Positions 5,775 through 10,953 of a stretch of 10,953 nucleotides of DNA are shown in pieces. Numbering within the stretch: position 1 is the first letter of the stretch; each line of letters starts with the position of its first letter. The position numbers and the translations under genes are program-made. A model generated the notes under the pieces. That model saw only the letters and a list, made by a program, of their open reading frames with translations, ran no database searches and had not been told where the DNA came from. The stretch comes from Limisphaerales bacterium (GTDB lineage: Bacteria > Verrucomicrobiota > Verrucomicrobiia > Limisphaerales > JAJOIW01): positions 426,383-437,335 of the forward strand of contig CBFHOE010000001.1 of the NCBI GenBank assembly GCA_965657355.1, given 5' to 3'.

Positions 5775-6362
5775 ATGTGGGATTCTTCCAAAATACTCAT
5801 TGCTGCGGCTGACCAACCGGGTGGAGACTCAAGCGAGGCCACCGAAGGAACACAAAATCCGATTGAAACGATTTCCGAGACTTTTCATTTGAATTGGGAG
5901 CTTTTCATACCCCAAGTCATAGTCTTCGGAATTGTTATTGTGGTCCTCAAACAATTTGCTTTCGGGCCAATCCAAAAGATGCTTGCCGAAAGAAGCCAGA
6001 TGATTGCTGAATCCCATGAGAATTCTCTCAAAATCAAAACTGAATTAGCTGAAGCTGCTGCTACCCGCAAACAGATTATCGAAGAAGCCAGTGCCCAGGC
6101 CAATAAAATTATCGAAGAAGCTAGGCAAGCCGCGAACCAGGTGCGGGAGACCGAAACACAGAAAGCTGCTTCCGCTGCAGAAGAAATTATTAGCAAAGCT
6201 AGAGTTGCCGCTGAATCTGACAGGGACCAACTTCTTGATGACCTAAGAAAAGAAGTCGGTCAGTTAGTCGTTCAGACAACAACTCAGGTCGTCGGAAAAG
6301 TTCTCTCAGACTCTGACAAGAAGCGTTTGGTTGATGAGGCTAATAAAAGCATTGCTGCATAG
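5775..6362 (+). CDS. atpF: F0F1 ATP synthase subunit b
   Basis: Single TM segment (WELFIPQVIVFGIVIVVLKQFAFGPI…L.ER) followed by an Ala/Glu-rich coiled coil; expected operon position. ATG 5775 is preferred over TTG 5757, but the start is uncertain. Confidence 0.95.
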   Translation: MWDSSKILIAAADQPGGDSSEATEGTQNPIETISETFHLNWELFIPQVIVFGIVIVVLKQFAFGPIQKMLAERSQMIAESHENSLKIKTELAEAAATRKQIIEEASAQANKIIEEARQAANQVRETETQKAASAAEEIISKARVAAESDRDQLLDDLRKEVGQLVVQTTTQVVGKVLSDSDKKRLVDEANKSIAA

Positions 6363-6388
6363 GGCTAGGTAATTTTAGCGAAGCTATA

Positions 6389-6784
6389 ATGAAAGTTGGA
6401 CGACAAGCCAGAAAAGACGCGAAAGCATTATTTAATGCTTGCCTGAATAATAAGGGCGGGCTAACTGAAACCCGAGTTAAGAAAGTCGTGAAGGCTCTTC
6501 TCGGTGACAAACCTCGAGGCTATCTAGCGATATTAACACATTTTCACAAACTGGTTAGGCTAAAACTCGCTGAAAATACGGCAACCGTTACAACAGCGGA
6601 CCAATTAACCGAAGAACAAGCCGGAGAAATACAAAAATCTATATCCGAGAAGTATGGGAAGGATTTGAAATTCCAACTCAAGGTGGATCCGAAACTAATC
6701 GGCGGGGCCAGAATTCAGATCGGCAGTGATGTTTTTGATGCGAGCATCAAGGCTAGACTCGATAAACTAAGACAAGCATTTTAA
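6389..6784 (+). CDS. atpH: F0F1 ATP synthase subunit delta (short form)
   Basis: C-terminal delta/OSCP motifs ATVTTA..L, VDPKLIGGARIQIGSDVFDASIKARL; located between atpF and atpA. Confidence 0.95.
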   Translation: MKVGRQARKDAKALFNACLNNKGGLTETRVKKVVKALLGDKPRGYLAILTHFHKLVRLKLAENTATVTTADQLTEEQAGEIQKSISEKYGKDLKFQLKVDPKLIGGARIQIGSDVFDASIKARLDKLRQAF

Positions 6785-6835
6785 AAACTTTATATTCTTT
6801 ATAGTACAGATTTAATTTAAGACTCTTACCAAAAA

Positions 6836-8371
6836 ATGAGTAACCTCCTTCAAGAAATAGAATCCCAAATCTCAGGCGCTAAGTCTGATGTTACCAAATC
6901 AAATGTTGGAACCGTAACCGAGGTCGGTGACGGTGTCGCCAAAATTGAAGGCCTATCAGACGCTATGGCCAACGAAATGCTTGATTTCGGTGACGGGATC
7001 GTTGGTCTCGCCCTCAACCTCGAAGAGGCTGAGGTTGGCGCTATCATCCTCGGTGACTATACAAGTATCGCAGAAGGGCAAGAAGTCAGGACCACGGGAC
7101 GCCTACTCGAAGTTCCAGTCGGAAAAGAACTTCTGGGACGCGTAGTTGATTGCTTGGGACAACCTATCGATGGCAAAGGAGCTATCGACTCGAAAGCAGC
7201 TTATCCTGTCGAAAAAATTGCACCAGGCATCGTAAAGAGAAAGTCAGTTAGTCAACCCCTCCAGACTGGGATTATGGCTGTTGATGCTATGATTCCGATC
7301 GGAAGAGGTCAGCGTGAATTAATAATTGGGGATCGATCTACAGGTAAGACTACTATAGGTGTCGACGCAATGATCAGTCAGGCCAAAGCAAATAAAGCTG
7401 CTGAGGAATCTGGGGATACAAGCCATCGTCCTGTCTACAATATTTACGTTGCTGTTGGTCAAAAACAGTCAAATGTTGCACGTGTTGTCAACGAACTTGA
7501 AAAAGCAGGTGCCCTGGAATACACGATAGTTGTCGTCGCTGCTGCCTCTGACTCCGCCACCAACCAATATCTCGCCCCATTCGCCGGAGCTGCTATGGGT
7601 GAGTGGTTTATGGATAATGGCATGGACGCACTCATCATCTTCGATGATTTGTCCAAACATGCTGTGGCCTACAGAGAAGTTTCACTCATTCTTAAAAGAC
7701 CTTCCGGCCGAGAAGCTTACCCTGGTGATGTTTTCTACCTTCATAGCAGACTTCTCGAACGCTCTGCTCGAGTTGGTGAAAAATACGGTGATGGATCACT
7801 CACTGCCCTGCCTATCATTGAAACACAAATGGGTGATGTATCGGCCTATATTCCAACGAATGTTATTTCAATCACAGACGGACAAATCTACCTGGAAACG
7901 GATTTGTTCTACCAAGGTATACGACCTGCGATTTCTGTTGGCCTATCCGTCTCACGTGTGGGCTCTGCGGCTCAGATAAAGGGAATGAAAAAGGTGGCTG
8001 GTCGCATCAAACTCGATCTCGCCCAGTTCCGCGAGTTGGCTGCTTTTGCTCAGTTCGGATCTGACTTGGATGCCAAGACACAGGCACAGCTTGAGCGCGG
8101 TAAAAGAATTGTTGAGATTTTCAAGCAACCACAATACAACCCCTACCCGGTTGAGGAGCAGGTCGTTATTCTTTGGTCCGTGCAACAAAATTACTTTGAC
8201 AATGTCGCTGTCGAAAACGTGAAGGACTTTCAAAATAAACTCGTTGAATTCTTCCGAACAAGGAAATCAGATATCCTTTCAAAAATTAAGGCTGACGGTA
8301 ATTTTGAAGGCGTAGCAGACGAACTGAAAGCAGCTGTGGAAGAATTTTCTGAAACCTACAGCGCCTCTTAA
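6836..8371 (+). CDS. atpA: F0F1 ATP synthase subunit alpha
   Basis: [25 protein letters not shown] (P-loop), [36 protein letters not shown]. Confidence 0.99.
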   Translation: MSNLLQEIESQISGAKSDVTKSNVGTVTEVGDGVAKIEGLSDAMANEMLDFGDGIVGLALNLEEAEVGAIILGDYTSIAEGQEVRTTGRLLEVPVGKELLGRVVDCLGQPIDGKGAIDSKAAYPVEKIAPGIVKRKSVSQPLQTGIMAVDAMIPIGRGQRELIIGDRSTGKTTIGVDAMISQAKANKAAEESGDTSHRPVYNIYVAVGQKQSNVARVVNELEKAGALEYTIVVVAAASDSATNQYLAPFAGAAMGEWFMDNGMDALIIFDDLSKHAVAYREVSLILKRPSGREAYPGDVFYLHSRLLERSARVGEKYGDGSLTALPIIETQMGDVSAYIPTNVISITDGQIYLETDLFYQGIRPAISVGLSVSRVGSAAQIKGMKKVAGRIKLDLAQFRELAAFAQFGSDLDAKTQAQLERGKRIVEIFKQPQYNPYPVEEQVVILWSVQQNYFDNVAVENVKDFQNKLVEFFRTRKSDILSKIKADGNFEGVADELKAAVEEFSETYSAS

Positions 8372-8413
8372 TTATTTTTCAAAGGAAATCATCACAGATA
8401 GCCTCAAGCATCC

Positions 8414-9313
8414 ATGCCGAGTACAAGAGATCTAAGAAGACGCATTAAGTCCATCAAGAACACATCGCAAATAACCAAAGCGATGCAAATGGTGGCGGCT
8501 GCCAAAATGCGTAAAGCCCAAAATGCAGCTCTATCCGGTAGGCCGTATACTACACTTTTAAATCAGATGCTTGAAAATATTCAGAAAGATACATCTGATC
8601 TTTCCAACCCTTTGATGGAAACTAGGCCAGTTAAAGCTAAAGCCGTTCTGATAGTTAGCACCGACAAAGGTCTTTGTGGCCCTCTGAATACGAATCTTCT
8701 CAAAGACGTCCTTCAATACGATAAAAACAGCACCCACTTCGTTGCTGCCGGAAAAAAGGGCGCCCAGTTTATTACGCGAACTGGAAGAAACCTAACAGCT
8801 GAATTTACATACAAGGACGATCCCGATTTTTCCGAGGCTCGGACAATCTCCAAGTTCCTCCAGGATTCATTTCTAAAAGGTGAATTTGATCAGGTGGACG
8901 TCCTATTCACTGATTTTAGATCAACCATTAACCAGGTGCCAACAATCAGGCAGCTCCTTCCTATTGTTGAAGTTGAGGAACTCGAGGCCGATTTGGTCGA
9001 CGAGAAATCAGGCGGAAAAAGTGGTGAAGACCAGTCTGTTGAGAATGAAAATATTGAATTCTCATACGAACCCAGTGCTGCAGGTGTCTTTGAAAACCTT
9101 CTCCCTCACTATTTGAATTACGTAATCTTTCAAATGCTTCTAGAAGCCAAAGCTAGTGAGCATAGCGCGCGGATGGTCGCTATGAAGAACGCCACAGACA
9201 ATGCCAAGCAATTAATAAAAGATCTCACCCTCGAATACAATAAAGTCAGACAAGCTGCAATTACGAGTGAGTTGCTCGAAATAACTACCGCAGCCATGGC
9301 AATGGATAACTAA
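8414..9313 (+). CDS. atpG: F0F1 ATP synthase subunit gamma
   Basis: RIKSIKNTSQITKAMQMVAAAK, TDKGLCG, ASEHSARMVAMKNATDNA, YNKVRQAAITSELLEI. Confidence 0.99.
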   Translation: MPSTRDLRRRIKSIKNTSQITKAMQMVAAAKMRKAQNAALSGRPYTTLLNQMLENIQKDTSDLSNPLMETRPVKAKAVLIVSTDKGLCGPLNTNLLKDVLQYDKNSTHFVAAGKKGAQFITRTGRNLTAEFTYKDDPDFSEARTISKFLQDSFLKGEFDQVDVLFTDFRSTINQVPTIRQLLPIVEVEELEADLVDEKSGGKSGEDQSVENENIEFSYEPSAAGVFENLLPHYLNYVIFQMLLEAKASEHSARMVAMKNATDNAKQLIKDLTLEYNKVRQAAITSELLEITTAAMAMDN

Positions 9314-9335
9314 TCAGACATAAATAATTTAATAA

Positions 9336-10748
<1,413 letters not shown>

Positions 10749-10783
10749 AGATTCAGCTACCCATTCTAGTTCTCTAAAAGATC

Positions 10784-10953
10784 ATGGCCTTTACATTAGA
10801 AATCGTAACTCCCAAAGACAAAGCCTTAAGTGAGGAAGTTGATTACGTTTCCTTGCCTGGAGCTGAGGGTGATATGGGTATATTTCCTCAACATGTGCCT
10901 TTTGTCACTGAGGTGAAACCCGGTGAAGTCACATTCCAGAAGAAATCTTCAAG
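10784..10953 (+). CDS. atpC: F0F1 ATP synthase subunit epsilon, 5' part (runs off the window; absent from the ORF track)
   Basis: Manual translation from ATG 10784: MAFTLEIVTPKDKALSEEVDYVSLPGAEGDMGIFPQHVPFVTEVKPGEV, matching the LEIVTP / PG.EG..G..P.H.P epsilon motifs. Confidence 0.97.
   Translation, partial: MAFTLEIVTPKDKALSEEVDYVSLPGAEGDMGIFPQHVPFVTEVKPGEVTFQKKSS

Noticed and set aside
7530..7979. 149-aa alternative-frame ORF in atpA (likewise 10360-10713 in atpD and the other small nested ORFs)
   Set aside because: Fully nested in highly conserved genes, with Ser/Leu-rich off-frame composition and no domain signal.
8414..9313. Chloroplast-like thiol regulation of gamma
   Set aside because: Only one Cys (GLCG) is present, and the insertion has no Cys pair.

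Overview
Bacterial chromosomal housekeeping region. It is probably Verrucomicrobiota; this is inferred from the short 131-aa delta subunit, the GRNPGA-loop 70-aa c subunit and the MSNLLQEIE alpha start. The left part (1-4350) holds a DUF4926-like small protein, an M42 metallopeptidase (-), proB, a MazG-family pyrophosphohydrolase, a WrbA-like flavodoxin (-) and a cupin (-). The right part (4489-10953) is an F1Fo ATP synthase operon, atpB-E-F-H-A-G-D-C, with atpC cut by the window edge and no atpI. I see no mobile elements, CRISPR arrays or RNA genes, and no clearly new multi-gene system. The most interesting signals are regulatory. A perfect Rex-type operator (TTGTGAA-N4-TTCACAA) sits on the predicted -35 of the atp promoter, between the atp operon and the divergent cupin/WrbA-like genes. 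atpE is bracketed by two RNA stem-loops, and the atp genes lack Shine-Dalgarno sites. Several proteins have unusual architecture: subunit a has a signal-peptide-like leader and a His/Asp tail, and MazG has a degenerate second domain.
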